DNA of 64,000 nt from a virus. The notes under the pieces were generated by a model, which searched no databases, was not told the DNA's origin, and worked only from the letters and a program-made list of their open reading frames with translations. Positions 47,319 through 57,900 of the stretch are shown piece by piece (the first letter of the stretch is position 1; each line of letters starts with the position of its first letter). Made by a program: the position numbers and the translations under genes. The DNA lies in the IMG/VR virus record IMGVR_UViG_3300032224_001305, positions 1 to 64,000 of that record; one strand, written 5' to 3'.

Positions 47319-48056
47319 ATGAATATTGAGGACCTAAAAGCCCGAGCCAGCGTAGTGTACGCTGACAAGGACCAGGAGTCACAGGCCAAAGAGGACTTTC
47401 AGTCGCACCTGAAGGGCTCAGCGCCCAGCAATCAAACGCAGCCTGACCCAGGCGGAAGACGGCTACCGTCTGAGCTACAAAGCCAATTGGCCAGTCTGGA
47501 AAAGGATATGCTTAAGGTCAATGCTACTGAGCAAAAGATTGACCTAGGACCGTTGCCCGAAGCAGCGCGTCGTAAGATTGCCGGAGCTGAAGACGACAAC
47601 ACAGGGAATAAGACCAATACACCACTCGACCAGGTTCTAAAAGAGAAGACCGAGAAAGCATGCGCGCCGATGGATTTTGGCGAGCTTATCATGACAGGAC
47701 GCGTTCAGCAGGATGTACCTGTCCTACCTGGCAAGCTAAAAGTAACATTTCAGTCTCTTACCGGAGCTGAGAGTTATTGGGTTGAGCGCATGATGAGCGA
47801 GCAGCCTACAGAACTAGGACGCTCATGGGCGGTCTACATGCAGTTGGCTATGACGGTACACGCCGTCAACGGCTCGATGCGTGAGCCTTTTAATATCGAC
47901 GGTAAGATCGACAGAGCAATCCTAGAGCGTCGTCTGTCCTTGCTGATGAAGATGAATACGCGCCTAATAGAATTATTAATTGCCAATATGTTTTGGTTCT
48001 TCGACCGCGTTAATTCCCTTTACGACAATGATTTCGAATCCATAAAAAATGGATAG
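47319..48056 (+). CDS. Putative tail assembly chaperone (gpG-like)
   Basis: ATG at 47319 after GAGGAG; V.FQSLTG.E motif; ends IKNG with an in-frame A-AAA-AAT slippery heptamer. Confidence 0.65.
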   Translation: MNIEDLKARASVVYADKDQESQAKEDFQSHLKGSAPSNQTQPDPGGRRLPSELQSQLASLEKDMLKVNATEQKIDLGPLPEAARRKIAGAEDDNTGNKTNTPLDQVLKEKTEKACAPMDFGELIMTGRVQQDVPVLPGKLKVTFQSLTGAESYWVERMMSEQPTELGRSWAVYMQLAMTVHAVNGSMREPFNIDGKIDRAILERRLSLLMKMNTRLIELLIANMFWFFDRVNSLYDNDFESIKNG

Positions 48057-48370
48057 AGACCCCTCTAGGGTGGGCACGGGCTAATTTGTTTTACGACAAC
48101 TTAGTTAGGATGCCAGAGCCGGGTTCCCTAAAGGAGGTCGTGTGTATCATTGTTCAGAGGCACCGGCAGGAACAGGAAGTCTACAGACTTATCGCCCAGA
48201 TGGAGTCATCAACAGAGGGAAGAAGTAAGGCTCTGAACAACTTCAAGAACTCGTTGGCTCCGTATGTAAACAAGCAGCGGGAGCAAGAGTCTAAGGCAAT
48301 TGCTGACCGCATGAATAAGTACATACACACTGGGCAGTGGGTTATTAACTTGGATGACAAAAATGAATGA
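48044..48370 (+). CDS. Putative -1 frameshift extension of tail chaperone (gpT-like)
   Basis: -1 frame open from 48032 to 48370 (KWIETPLGWARANLFYDN...). Confidence 0.6.
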   Translation, partial: KKWIETPLGWARANLFYDNLVRMPEPGSLKEVVCIIVQRHRQEQEVYRLIAQMESSTEGRSKALNNFKNSLAPYVNKQREQESKAIADRMNKYIHTGQWVINLDDKNE

Positions 48371-48764
48371 GCCACTACTTGTACTAATTGGCGTGGCGTC
48401 CAGATATCTGGTGGGAGAGGGCCTCGTACAAGAGGCTGTCTTCATGAACCAGGTAACAGGAGAAGAGTACGTACTAGGACTAGTCTCCGGGCAGTTCGAG
48501 GCATTACTCGAAATATTACGGTTAAACAATGGCGAGTCCACGTCAGGCCAAAACTCTCAAGATGCTGTGGAGGAAGAATCGGCTGCACGAAGCACCGCAG
48601 CTATTAGAATCGATCGTAAGCTCGGTTCTAACAGCGTACCCCTCCAACAAGAAGATGAAGAGGACACGGAACCGTCGTGGACGTCCGAGGAAGATACCGA
48701 AGAAGACGTTGTGGACGAAGCGACACCAGAAGCGATACGTTCTATCTTTGGCAGAGGATTTTAA
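48363..48764 (+). CDS. Hypothetical protein with acidic C-terminus
   Basis: ATG overlapping the previous stop. Confidence 0.6.
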   Translation: MNEPLLVLIGVASRYLVGEGLVQEAVFMNQVTGEEYVLGLVSGQFEALLEILRLNNGESTSGQNSQDAVEEESAARSTAAIRIDRKLGSNSVPLQQEDEEDTEPSWTSEEDTEEDVVDEATPEAIRSIFGRGF

Positions 48765-49130
48765 TCAACTTTGGCGGTGCCCGGTATGTAAGGGATGGTG
48801 GGTATCTGAACTTACATACTCGGGCTGCGCTACTTGTGAAAACCAAGTATTTCCAGAGGTAGTGTTGTTTAGGGAGAAAGTAGACTTACGGGAGTATTTG
48901 CAAAAATATATTGAGCTATGGCTTGAACGTACTTCGCTTATGCTTCTCGTAACGTCTGCTACTAATAGGCGCTCTGCAAAAAGAAGAATACCGTTATCTA
49001 CTGTGTTTAGTGTGTTACAGCCGAAGGCTAAGCCTTCAGTAAGAAAATCGAAGAAGTGGTTTACACAAATATTTTCTGGAGGGTGCAGATATACAGGTTA
49101 TGTTGACCATGATTTCTGCATGTATGACTT

Positions 49131-49316
49131 ATGGCCAAACACTTACGACGCCGCACTCCTACGCGTCTAATGCAGCTACGTGTACCAGAAGAGCTACACA
49201 CTTGGCTGAAGGAGTACGCGTTTGTCAACAAAACTACTATGACAAACATAGTAACTGCCTATCTAACAAGACTACGTGATAGGAAAGAGTCCCCGATGAA
49301 GGTGCCGGAGGTGTAA
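49131..49316 (+). CDS. Ribbon-helix-helix (Arc/CopG-like) DNA-binding protein
   Basis: MQLRVPEELHTWLKEYA....TTMTNIV..YL. Confidence 0.7.
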   Translation: MAKHLRRRTPTRLMQLRVPEELHTWLKEYAFVNKTTMTNIVTAYLTRLRDRKESPMKVPEV

Positions 49317-49317
49317 A

Positions 49318-49917
49318 ATGGCTGCCACAGAATTACGTGTGGAAAAGCTAACAGTACCAAAGTCTTCTACTGAAGTTGCTGGCCTACTACAAAGGCTGCT
49401 CTCCATAAAAGGACTTGTGTCGTTCTCAGTTAGCCGTGAAGGTGTAGAGATAAAGCGTTATCGGTCTCTACATGATCCACCGATATCGGATGAATCTCCT
49501 ATCGAAGAGCCAGAGCTAGGAATAGCCCTAGCTACGCTAGAAGAGATAATAGAGATAGAAGACTGTCCTACCACAGAACTATCGCTGACAAGGGCGGCAC
49601 ACCTTATATCTTCTAGGGGATTCGCTCCGTCAATCCTAGTACTGCCCTCAGAGGAATACGTAAAAGTATTCCAAGATATTACTGGACCCATAACTCCCGA
49701 TTTCTCAGAAGGAGCCGGATCTGTATTTATCAGCGGCTATCGTGTAGAGATCTCCGACATGCTTGCTGATAATACTTTTCTTATGCTGGGCTCGTTAGTT
49801 TCTACGTACCACCTGGATTCAGTACGGATGGCCGTACGTATATTCGTCAAAGGAGTAAACAATGGCGTCGACCAAGAAAGAGACAGTGTCATTGGAGAAG
49901 ATGCAGCTACAGCTTAA
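49318..49917 (+). CDS. Hypothetical protein
   Basis: 199 aa, GGAGGTG RBS. Confidence 0.7.
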   Translation: MAATELRVEKLTVPKSSTEVAGLLQRLLSIKGLVSFSVSREGVEIKRYRSLHDPPISDESPIEEPELGIALATLEEIIEIEDCPTTELSLTRAAHLISSRGFAPSILVLPSEEYVKVFQDITGPITPDFSEGAGSVFISGYRVEISDMLADNTFLMLGSLVSTYHLDSVRMAVRIFVKGVNNGVDQERDSVIGEDAATA

Positions 49918-50335
49918 GCAGGCTCTTGAAACCACCAAAGCTTGCGAAGTGTTGGCCATGCAGTCTAGAAATGGTGACCTGCGAGCAGTGTTTAGAGTCA
50001 CTGACCAACCTGCTTGGCTAAGAGTACTTTCTACATATCTAGCCAATGAGAACAAAGAGCAGTGGTACTCGTTCATAGGTCAGGCCTATAAACTGAACAA
50101 CGGTTCTCTTGTGACCGCATGGGTTATGTTTGTAGACGCTCCTCCCGGAGTATCTTTAGAAAGCGCGGTACAGGGTGCCTGTCGCTGCCTTACACAGACC
50201 GTGGCTAACACTACCGTATCAGACTCCGAGGCCTTATTTCCTGACGAAGCCACTATTCCAGCTGCATGGGCTATTGGTCCACAGGCGCTAAGTAGAATTA
50301 AACACACCGCAATCGACTCCAGCATGCGGAGGTAA
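49862..50335 (+). CDS. Hypothetical protein
   Basis: 157 aa, AAAGGAG RBS. Confidence 0.7.
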   Translation: MASTKKETVSLEKMQLQLKQALETTKACEVLAMQSRNGDLRAVFRVTDQPAWLRVLSTYLANENKEQWYSFIGQAYKLNNGSLVTAWVMFVDAPPGVSLESAVQGACRCLTQTVANTTVSDSEALFPDEATIPAAWAIGPQALSRIKHTAIDSSMRR

Positions 50336-50338
50336 TAG

Positions 50339-50977
50339 ATGTCTAAGCTAGTAACTGCAGAACTACGCGCTAATTATGTAGTGGAAGTAACGCTGCATTA
50401 TTTACCAAAGCGCGTAAATATTAGAGGAAATATAAATCTGTATAAAAAGGGCGGAGAGTACGGACGTAGCGACTCTGTACTAGATATGTGCAGCGAAATG
50501 GGATGCCTGGGCGTGTTCACAGACTCTTTCCAGCTCACTGAAGTGGAGCTGGAAGAGATAATAAAAGGCGGTAACCCAAATATCGAGTTCTGGCCAGAAA
50601 GCGCCAAGAACCGCTATGACAATTGGGGAGCCATGTTGGTTACATGTCCTAAGTGCAAGGTAATCTCCAGACGTAATACTCTGTCCGATGCTTATGGATT
50701 CAACACCACGTTAAACAAGATAGCTCTAGCAGTTACCGGGTACTTTAGAGAGCTTGATAGCAATGCTGATATAGTTCTAAAAGTGCACAGAGCCCCTGGC
50801 AGCTTACAGACAGCCAAGCAGGATTTTCTATCCACCGGCAATAAGGGAAAATATGCCGAGGATCTAGAAAAGGCTCGCTTGAACCATCACGTTTTCTATC
50901 CGCTAGCTAAGCTGTTAAAAGATACTGCTGGAGGCGCTTCAGTAGAGTCCTGCATCGAGAGATTCTTACGAGCGTAG
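50339..50977 (+). CDS. Hypothetical protein, possible Zn ribbon
   Basis: GGAGGT RBS; CSEMGC ... CPKC. Confidence 0.7.
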   Translation: MSKLVTAELRANYVVEVTLHYLPKRVNIRGNINLYKKGGEYGRSDSVLDMCSEMGCLGVFTDSFQLTEVELEEIIKGGNPNIEFWPESAKNRYDNWGAMLVTCPKCKVISRRNTLSDAYGFNTTLNKIALAVTGYFRELDSNADIVLKVHRAPGSLQTAKQDFLSTGNKGKYAEDLEKARLNHHVFYPLAKLLKDTAGGASVESCIERFLRA

Positions 50978-50982
50978 AGCTG

Positions 50983-51270
50983 ATGAACATAAAAGAGGCA
51001 CTAGTAAAGATAAGCTACCTGCGCCACAAGGACGCTGCCCTTGACTTTTTGCAGAAAGAACTCGAGAGAGTATTGCCAAATGACGCAGGAACGCGTACTA
51101 AGGAGCCGCTGAGTGCAGCGGGTGTGTCTCCAGAGCAAGTTCCTGACGATGTAATACAAGATGTATTGGCCACGTTGGGCGAGTTACGGTCCACACTACA
51201 AATAGAGCTCGAACAAATAGAGCGTATGGAGTTTACAGATGTCGGAAAAGGAAAATCCAACCGTAAGTGA
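50983..51270 (+). CDS. Hypothetical coiled-coil protein
   Basis: 95-aa ORF in the same operon. Confidence 0.65.
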   Translation: MNIKEALVKISYLRHKDAALDFLQKELERVLPNDAGTRTKEPLSAAGVSPEQVPDDVIQDVLATLGELRSTLQIELEQIERMEFTDVGKGKSNRK

Positions 51271-51634
51271 CATTGCGACACTAGAAGCCAAAGTGGCTGA
51301 GATAGATAATAACGTTGTCCAAATAGCAATGTTCATAGACAAGCTAGCAAAGGAGCACATGGCAGCTACTAAGCTGCTACAGCGCACCGAGCACTTCTTG
51401 TTCTCGTTAATTAAGGTAGGACTAGATAGCGGCCTAGACTTCAATGCTATGCAGGATGCTATGGAAGACTACAACAAGCATGAGGACTTGTTGGTATTCT
51501 GGGGCGTGCGTACTCAGGAAGAGTACGAAACACTCAAAGCGCAGTCACAAGCTGCTCAGGAAGCTGCACAGGTACTGGCAGATGGACAGGCAGCTAGTAT
51601 GGCTGACATCGAAGCTGAGGCTGAGAGCGTATAA
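51239..51634 (+). CDS. Hypothetical protein
   Basis: 131 aa, GGAG RBS, followed by a terminator. Confidence 0.7.
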   Translation: MSEKENPTVSDIATLEAKVAEIDNNVVQIAMFIDKLAKEHMAATKLLQRTEHFLFSLIKVGLDSGLDFNAMQDAMEDYNKHEDLLVFWGVRTQEEYETLKAQSQAAQEAAQVLADGQAASMADIEAEAESV

Positions 51635-51656
51635 CAATCCGTGTGAGGGTGAGGTA

Positions 51657-51691
51657 AGGGGTCGCCGTAACTGGCGGCCCCTTTCTTTTTT
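51657..51691 (+). terminator. Intrinsic terminator
   Basis: AGGGGTCGCC-GTAACT-GGCGGCCCCT followed by TTCTTTTTT. Confidence 0.8.
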
Positions 51692-51922
51692 GTAATAGGT
51701 AAAAGAATGACAAGAGCGCTAGCTCGTTGTCATTCAGTCGCGCTCTCAGCCGAATACGGCTACAAGAAGCGCAAAGAACACATGAAATCCTACTAGGGCC
51801 AGAAGGGCCCCGAGAATTTCTTTCACCGAAAAATCTTCCAGGCCACCAGGTTCACCGCGCATACGCACCTCTAAGCGTGTTACTGTACGCTCATAATACT
51901 TATACCGTAATACGCCTATAAT

Positions 51923-52324
51923 TTAGCTAGGGTTTTCGTCTGCCATCCAGAAGGCCAGGTCGTTTATAGTATCGACGGCCATACATCCCTCTTGGCTAGT
52001 TATAACCGGCTTATCTACTGATAATAATTTTTCAAGAATAGGAATAAACGAGACATTCTCGTCAACAATTTCCGCTCTGCGGTGAACAATCTTAAGCGGC
52101 TCCTTGTTTTCCAGTGCTCGCTCGAAGTTATCGGGCTCAAGTAGAAACAAACCAACGCGCTTGTCTTTCTTTAGTAGTAAGCATTGCGACGGGCGCTTTC
52201 CGTTCATTACACGCCCATAAATCACGTCTATCTCGTCGTGTATTGGTGCAATACGCCAATACATAGCCGTGAACTTGTCGTATATACCGTCTAGGTGCTC
52301 AGTCATATCTTCTTGTATGCTCAT
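51923..52324 (-). CDS. Hypothetical protein
   Basis: 133 aa, ATGA overlap with upstream gene. Confidence 0.65.
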   Translation of the reverse strand: MSIQEDMTEHLDGIYDKFTAMYWRIAPIHDEIDVIYGRVMNGKRPSQCLLLKKDKRVGLFLLEPDNFERALENKEPLKIVHRRAEIVDENVSFIPILEKLLSVDKPVITSQEGCMAVDTINDLAFWMADENPS

Positions 52325-52962
52325 ATCGGTTCCTCTAACAATTTACCGGCCCTTATATCTCCGTAACCATACTCGTACATCTGTAGCACAGGTAAAAACG
52401 CTTTACGTTCCTCGTAAAGGTCCTGTACAAGCTTCCTGGGTATTTCTCTACCAGCATAATCCATAAAGTCCGGGTAGAAGCCTAGCTGCGCCCGTCTGGC
52501 TACATGGTTGTCGTAGTAGTCTATTTCTAAAGTGGTGGCTAGGTCGGCTACCTTGCCGTGCAATGTGCACCAGGCGTGGTACTTGACCTCGTCCCCATCC
52601 TTCAAGAAACCCTCGTAGTACCTGAGTTTGTGCGCGTCGTCTTCCATAAGCATCTTCTGGTGCAATGTAAACGCGTATTGTGGGTCTAACTGCCTATTTT
52701 TTAACGTATAACCTACTTTTGTGAAAATAAGAGATACGTAGCGCTTTTCTTCCACAGACATGACGTGGTTAGGAAAAGAAATCCAGCCAAGAGCACATAC
52801 AAGCTCTCTACTAGTATGTTCTAGCTGCAGATTCTCGCGTTCTAGGCTGTAACGCTTCTCTCTTATTGTCCTGTTGATTTCCAACGCTACAGACACGCCT
52901 CTAGAGAGGCTGGATAGCTCTTTTGGCCGTGTTTTTCTTATGAAATCTTGCCTAGTTGTCAT
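52321..52962 (-). CDS. Hypothetical protein with transglutaminase/papain-like HAW..D motif
   Basis: LRYYEG......YHAWC...GKVAD. Confidence 0.5.
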   Translation of the reverse strand: MTTRQDFIRKTRPKELSSLSRGVSVALEINRTIREKRYSLERENLQLEHTSRELVCALGWISFPNHVMSVEEKRYVSLIFTKVGYTLKNRQLDPQYAFTLHQKMLMEDDAHKLRYYEGFLKDGDEVKYHAWCTLHGKVADLATTLEIDYYDNHVARRAQLGFYPDFMDYAGREIPRKLVQDLYEERKAFLPVLQMYEYGYGDIRAGKLLEEPI

Positions 52963-53144
52963 TTTGAAGCCCGTAAATGCTCAATTTTACGTTAAAAATG
53001 GCTATTTTTGCTCATGGAGGCCTATTTTGGCCTATTTTTACTGAATTTATCACTAAGAAGCATAAAAAGGCCATTTATAATGACCATTTCTCTGTAATGA
53101 TAGCTAAGTACGAGGTGGTTGTAAACCACCCCGTACCAACACCT

Positions 53145-53564
53145 CTACGCCTCGGCCATAGGTGCCATAATCGCGCCCTCGATATCCTTATCGAAATACG
53201 TAGAGTCGGAGTCAACCAGTTCGATGCTACTAAGCTCTTTATCGTGGATGATAAGTGTCAGAGGACCCATCGTGGCATATTCCTCTATCAACTTGGCGGC
53301 CTTTTCTTTACCTACGATGCCCTCTAGAAGTAAATCGAGGAAAGCGACTATGCGATTTACAAACTCGTCGTGTAGGCCCGTCAGACGTATGTTAAACCGC
53401 AGCTCGAAATAGAACGCTGGGCACTTACGTAGAACTTCGTACATACCTTTTAGCTGCTTGCGTTCATCTGCACAATCGGGACAGTCTCCGCATCCTACAC
53501 ACGTCAGAAACAGCATAGTCGCTATCCATTCGCTGACTTCTTCCAATGAAAGCTCATTACCCAT
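53145..53564 (-). CDS. Hypothetical protein with CxxCxxCxxC
   Basis: MGNELSLEEV...CVGCGDCPDC; GAGG upstream. Confidence 0.55.
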   Translation of the reverse strand: MGNELSLEEVSEWIATMLFLTCVGCGDCPDCADERKQLKGMYEVLRKCPAFYFELRFNIRLTGLHDEFVNRIVAFLDLLLEGIVGKEKAAKLIEEYATMGPLTLIIHDKELSSIELVDSDSTYFDKDIEGAIMAPMAEA

Positions 53565-53681
53565 AATCAACCTCGCTGGCGCAAGAGCGCCATCTATTTG
53601 GCAAACGGCGCTCCTGCACCAGCGGTAACTATGCCACATAGTAGTCCATGCCCACTACGCTATATTTATTACTCGTGGATA

Positions 53682-53864
53682 TTACGCCAACGAGTCATAG
53701 CTCATCAGTCCTAGTTCTAGCGCCAGGAAATGCACAATCGCCTGACCGAACTCGGACACCAATGGCATGATCTCTTCGCTGATGAAACGCATAACGCTGG
53801 ATGTGAGAATACCCAGAGCCTGCTTGAACATACCGACGAAGAAGTCAAAAATGGTAGAGAGCAT
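53682..53864 (-). CDS. Small amphipathic protein
   Basis: 60 aa, AAGGGG RBS-like element. Confidence 0.45.
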   Translation of the reverse strand: MLSTIFDFFVGMFKQALGILTSSVMRFISEEIMPLVSEFGQAIVHFLALELGLMSYDSLA

Positions 53865-53934
53865 ATTCTAATCCCCTTTAAGTTTGGCGGCTTTATCAAT
53901 GAAGGTGCGCCTGCCGCCTATAGGCTATCTCACC

Positions 53935-54849
53935 TTAAACCACCGTTCTAGGAAGCCGTATGGTAGGCATTCCTGAACTGAACATTCGATCTATGAAGAC
54001 CTCGTTCAAGAGCTCTTCAGCAGCGTAAGCAGTAATATTATCGTGAATAGTCTTACCATCTAGAGACACAACCGGGTTCACCACCACGGTGTATCTATTG
54101 TCTTTGTTAATACCAATCCAGAACCACGCACAGTTTTTGACGTTGCGCATATTATTCAGCCCGCCCATAAGACCGGTGCTATCTTTTGCTTTTATGACAG
54201 TAAACGCGTGGGAAGCGGTGAAAGCGCTAAGAATAATCTCTAGAGGATTATTTGGACCATTAATACCGCGGAACAATTGCTGATGAACGTACTGTTCACG
54301 CACGGTTACTGGAGAGGTACCGTAGGACTCAAGGTACTTACCGCGCACCTCTCTAAAATGCACTCTAGGAGACGTAAAAGACAGTAAGGAGGAACTGGGC
54401 AGTTTAGGCAGATCCTTTTTCACTTGCTGGCACATGCGAACTGCTATTTCGTTTACCAGTTCCGGATCGGCACTAATGTATTCAAGAATTCCTGGCAGGA
54501 ACCTATTCAAGAACACAGCCATAGACGTGCAACTACCTACCTGAATTCTTTTAGGAGAAGCCGCGTCCGCTGTCTCCCGCCAAGGAGTGTGTCCACTACG
54601 ACCACGTGCCTGCCTATACCAGAGCACAATTCTGACACTGTCCGGAGTCTCACTAGCTATATCGATGGTTTTCAGTACTACTATCGCAGACTGATTTCCC
54701 ATTATGCTGATGCCCTGCCTACACGTGAAAGTGGCCCTATCATCTAACACATGCGCATCAAATGCCAATCGCCCAATGGTGGGCAGAATGACTTTCAGGT
54801 ACTTAGTAGTTTCTAGATATAGAGACATCCGCAACACCTCCGTCAACAA
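53935..54849 (-). CDS. Hypothetical protein
   Basis: 304-aa ORF; likely start is the ATG at 54828 after GGAGGTG. Confidence 0.65.
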   Translation of the reverse strand: MLTEVLRMSLYLETTKYLKVILPTIGRLAFDAHVLDDRATFTCRQGISIMGNQSAIVVLKTIDIASETPDSVRIVLWYRQARGRSGHTPWRETADAASPKRIQVGSCTSMAVFLNRFLPGILEYISADPELVNEIAVRMCQQVKKDLPKLPSSSLLSFTSPRVHFREVRGKYLESYGTSPVTVREQYVHQQLFRGINGPNNPLEIILSAFTASHAFTVIKAKDSTGLMGGLNNMRNVKNCAWFWIGINKDNRYTVVVNPVVSLDGKTIHDNITAYAAEELLNEVFIDRMFSSGMPTIRLPRTVV

Positions 54850-54969
54850 CTAAAGTTTATTGGTGCGCAATAATCTTTTGACTGCGCATGTACATATACC
54901 TGCAAATAAGCCAAAGTTGCGGCTGAACGGAACGAGTGTGCTACACTGCCACCACTTGCGGAGTGTAAG

Positions 54970-57900
54970 ATGGCCATAAACTCAAGCGATATATCACAGA
55001 GAATAGCCCAAGACGCCGCTGCCATGCAGGCGCAGCATATGGCTGCACTACAGGCACAATACCCAGCCACAGGAGTAGGTCCTGGACTACAGCAGCCAAT
55101 GCCGTCTGACTTTCAGGCCGGTATACCAAATATGGCCGCATCTGCCGCTACGTATGCGGGTGGTGTACCAGGTGGTCTCACCACAGGTATCGGACTAGCT
55201 GCTGCCTTTGGTTACGCACCAAGAATCCTAGATCCTTTCACTCAAGCCATACACGCAGGTAAGACTGCTTCCGCTATGCGCGGCGGTTTCATGGCTAGCG
55301 GTGCTGGCGCCGCAGCAGGTATTGGTGCAGCCGCTGTAACATTAGGTGGATACTATGCCGCAGGCGCAGCAGCTGATTACTTAGCCTTCGATCCATTTAA
55401 GACCGGCGCACAAATGCGCGGCCAAACATTAGGCGCAATCCACTCATTTATGCCGCAAGCACCGATGTCATCTATGGCATCCACCGCGGCCATGATGGAA
55501 AACATACAACGCCAATCTGGTGGTATGTATGGCATAGGTGACTTATCTAACTTAATGGGAATGGGCGTGTCCGGCGGTGATATCCGCACCATGGACATGA
55601 ATTCATTTCAATCCGACTTTAAGACATTAATAAGCAAGACTAAGGAAGTCGCGCAGGCACTATCGTCGTCTCTAACAGAAGCCTACGGGGCTATGAAAGA
55701 GATAAAGTCGTTAGGCGTGTCTGACGTAGCCGGCACTGCATATGGTATGCGCGGATTAGGCGTAGCCGCAGGTATATCTCCCGCAGAGATGATGGGTATA
55801 GCTCGCGGCGGATCTATGCTCGCAAAGCAATCAGGTATTAGCCGTGATATTGGTGTATCTGGTGCAATGTCTTCCGCAGCCACATTTGGCTACATAGGCC
55901 AACGCAAATTATTAGGAGAAGACTTTGGTTTAGAGGACTTAGGCACTTTCCAAAACGCGGGCTATCGATTCTTCGGTTCTATGCAAGGACAAAAAGTCCT
56001 AGCGGCCATGATGAATCAGCGCGGCGAGATAGATGAATCCATCGCCCAGCAGATAGCACAAGGAACGATCTCTAAGTCAGAGATCAACCGCCTGTCAAAT
56101 ATCACGCTAAATAAAAGACAAGATTTATTCGGCGCGCACAGTTCCGAATTAGTCGCCACCTACCTGAGCCAATACGGGCCGCAAGGTATTGTTAACCCGC
56201 TGTCCACCATGACGCAGGGTATGGCTAATCCATTATCAGCTAGACAAGGACTCACTGGACTCAACCAAGAGCAGATGCACGAGCTGAGTCTACTAAACTC
56301 AAGTAGCGCGTCTCTAAAGCAGCAAATAGCAAACGCCGCCGTAGAAGGGTTCGCTCAAGGAACACAGAAGCTAGGTCTACAAGATCAGCTAACTCTAGCC
56401 GTAAGCAAAATGACGGCACCGGTGAGAGAGAAGTTCCAGCAAATGGGCGCATCAGTAGCTCAGTCAATTGCTGAGTCCATAGAGGATGTAACCAAAGACT
56501 TCGTAACAAGACCTACTACCGTCACGGCTGACTACAGTGGCGTGCGTGCCATGAGATCGGCCTTATCTACAGGCAACTTCTCACGAGCCTCAAATATCGA
56601 ATCCATGTTGTCTGGTGGCGGTGGGCTAGGTATGCGCCAGTATCAACTGGGACCTAGATCCGGTGGATTCCTGCAGAGAAATCTACCGCGAGCTCTGTCT
56701 GCAGAAGCATATGGAGAAGAGATAGATCTTCTGCCTACTACCCTAGGTATACACGGACTAGATAGCTACCAGTCTACTGGTGACCTATTAGAGGGTGCGG
56801 CATTGGGCGTTGGCCTAGGTGGAAGACTAGCCGGAGCTTCTTACAGAAACGCGGGAATGCTTGCCAACGCAACTCTAGGTAGGGCGGGCAGATACTTAAC
56901 AGGCCTGGGAGCAGAAGCCGCTGCTGAAGGCGGACTTGCCGGCGTAGGTCTTGCCGCTGGTTCCGTAAGAATGGCAGGCGGCGCATTAAGACTAGCCTCA
57001 CTAGGTGCACGTGTCCTAGGTCCAGTAGGTGCCGCACTAGCAGTTAAAGACTCCTGGGAGTTAGGTGCAAAAGCAGGCCACTACATAAACGCTCTAACAG
57101 GTATGGAGAGCTTTGCCGACGCCGACTACACAAAGCGCGGACAAATGATGCGCATGGCACAGGAAGCAGGATTAGCTGATCCGAACGAAGTTATGCGCAT
57201 GTCCGACGCTGTGCACGCATCCTCCGGAGGGAAAGACCTCATAGAGATCGCGGGTACGGCGCAAGTTAGATATGTAGAAAATCCTAGCTACGATCCAAAC
57301 TACATCCCCCCAGTCGACGCCACTACAGGGTACGTTACACACGAAAACCCTGTCATAAACGACCCAATGCGTATGTACTTCAAAAGAGATGCGTCTAGGA
57401 CACTAGCCAACATAAATAAATTCGACACTAATAAAACAATTTCTGCCCTTACTCAGGCCACCGACGGCGCGTTTGTATCACAGCTCAGAGGTATCGCCGG
57501 AGACCAGACAAAGAGCACTACGCAAAAAGAACAGGAACTGCGTGGTCTGATGCTCCAGCGTGGTGCAGATCTACAGAGACAAGGAAAGGGTACGTCTGCT
57601 AGCGACCTTATTAATAGTAATAAAGGCGCAATTTTCGCTCTCATGAAGGAAGGCGGTCACTACGACGAAACCAATGAAACATACGTTCAGCAAGTATCTA
57701 GTAAGCTAGACGAAGCTAGAAATGGAAATAGACTACAGAATGTAGCCGCAGACTTTATGTCTGGGCAGATGAACACATACCAGGGACTAGTAGCCGAAGT
57801 ACTGACTGAAGGTAAGTATGGGATAGGTAATAAAGACGCGTTCGCTCAAGAAGTAAATAGACGCTTTACGGAGAGATTTACTGGTGCTGAAGCAGTACAG

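Noticed and set aside
48529-49170. 213-aa ORF with CPVC...CATC
   Set aside because: The 5' half overlaps another gene and the true start is unclear. A shorter Zn-finger gene from about 48748 may be real but could not be supported.
52963-53140. AT-rich tract with short GGC(C)TATTTT repeats and a hairpin
   Set aside because: Repeats are short and imperfect; consistent with an ordinary promoter/terminator region.
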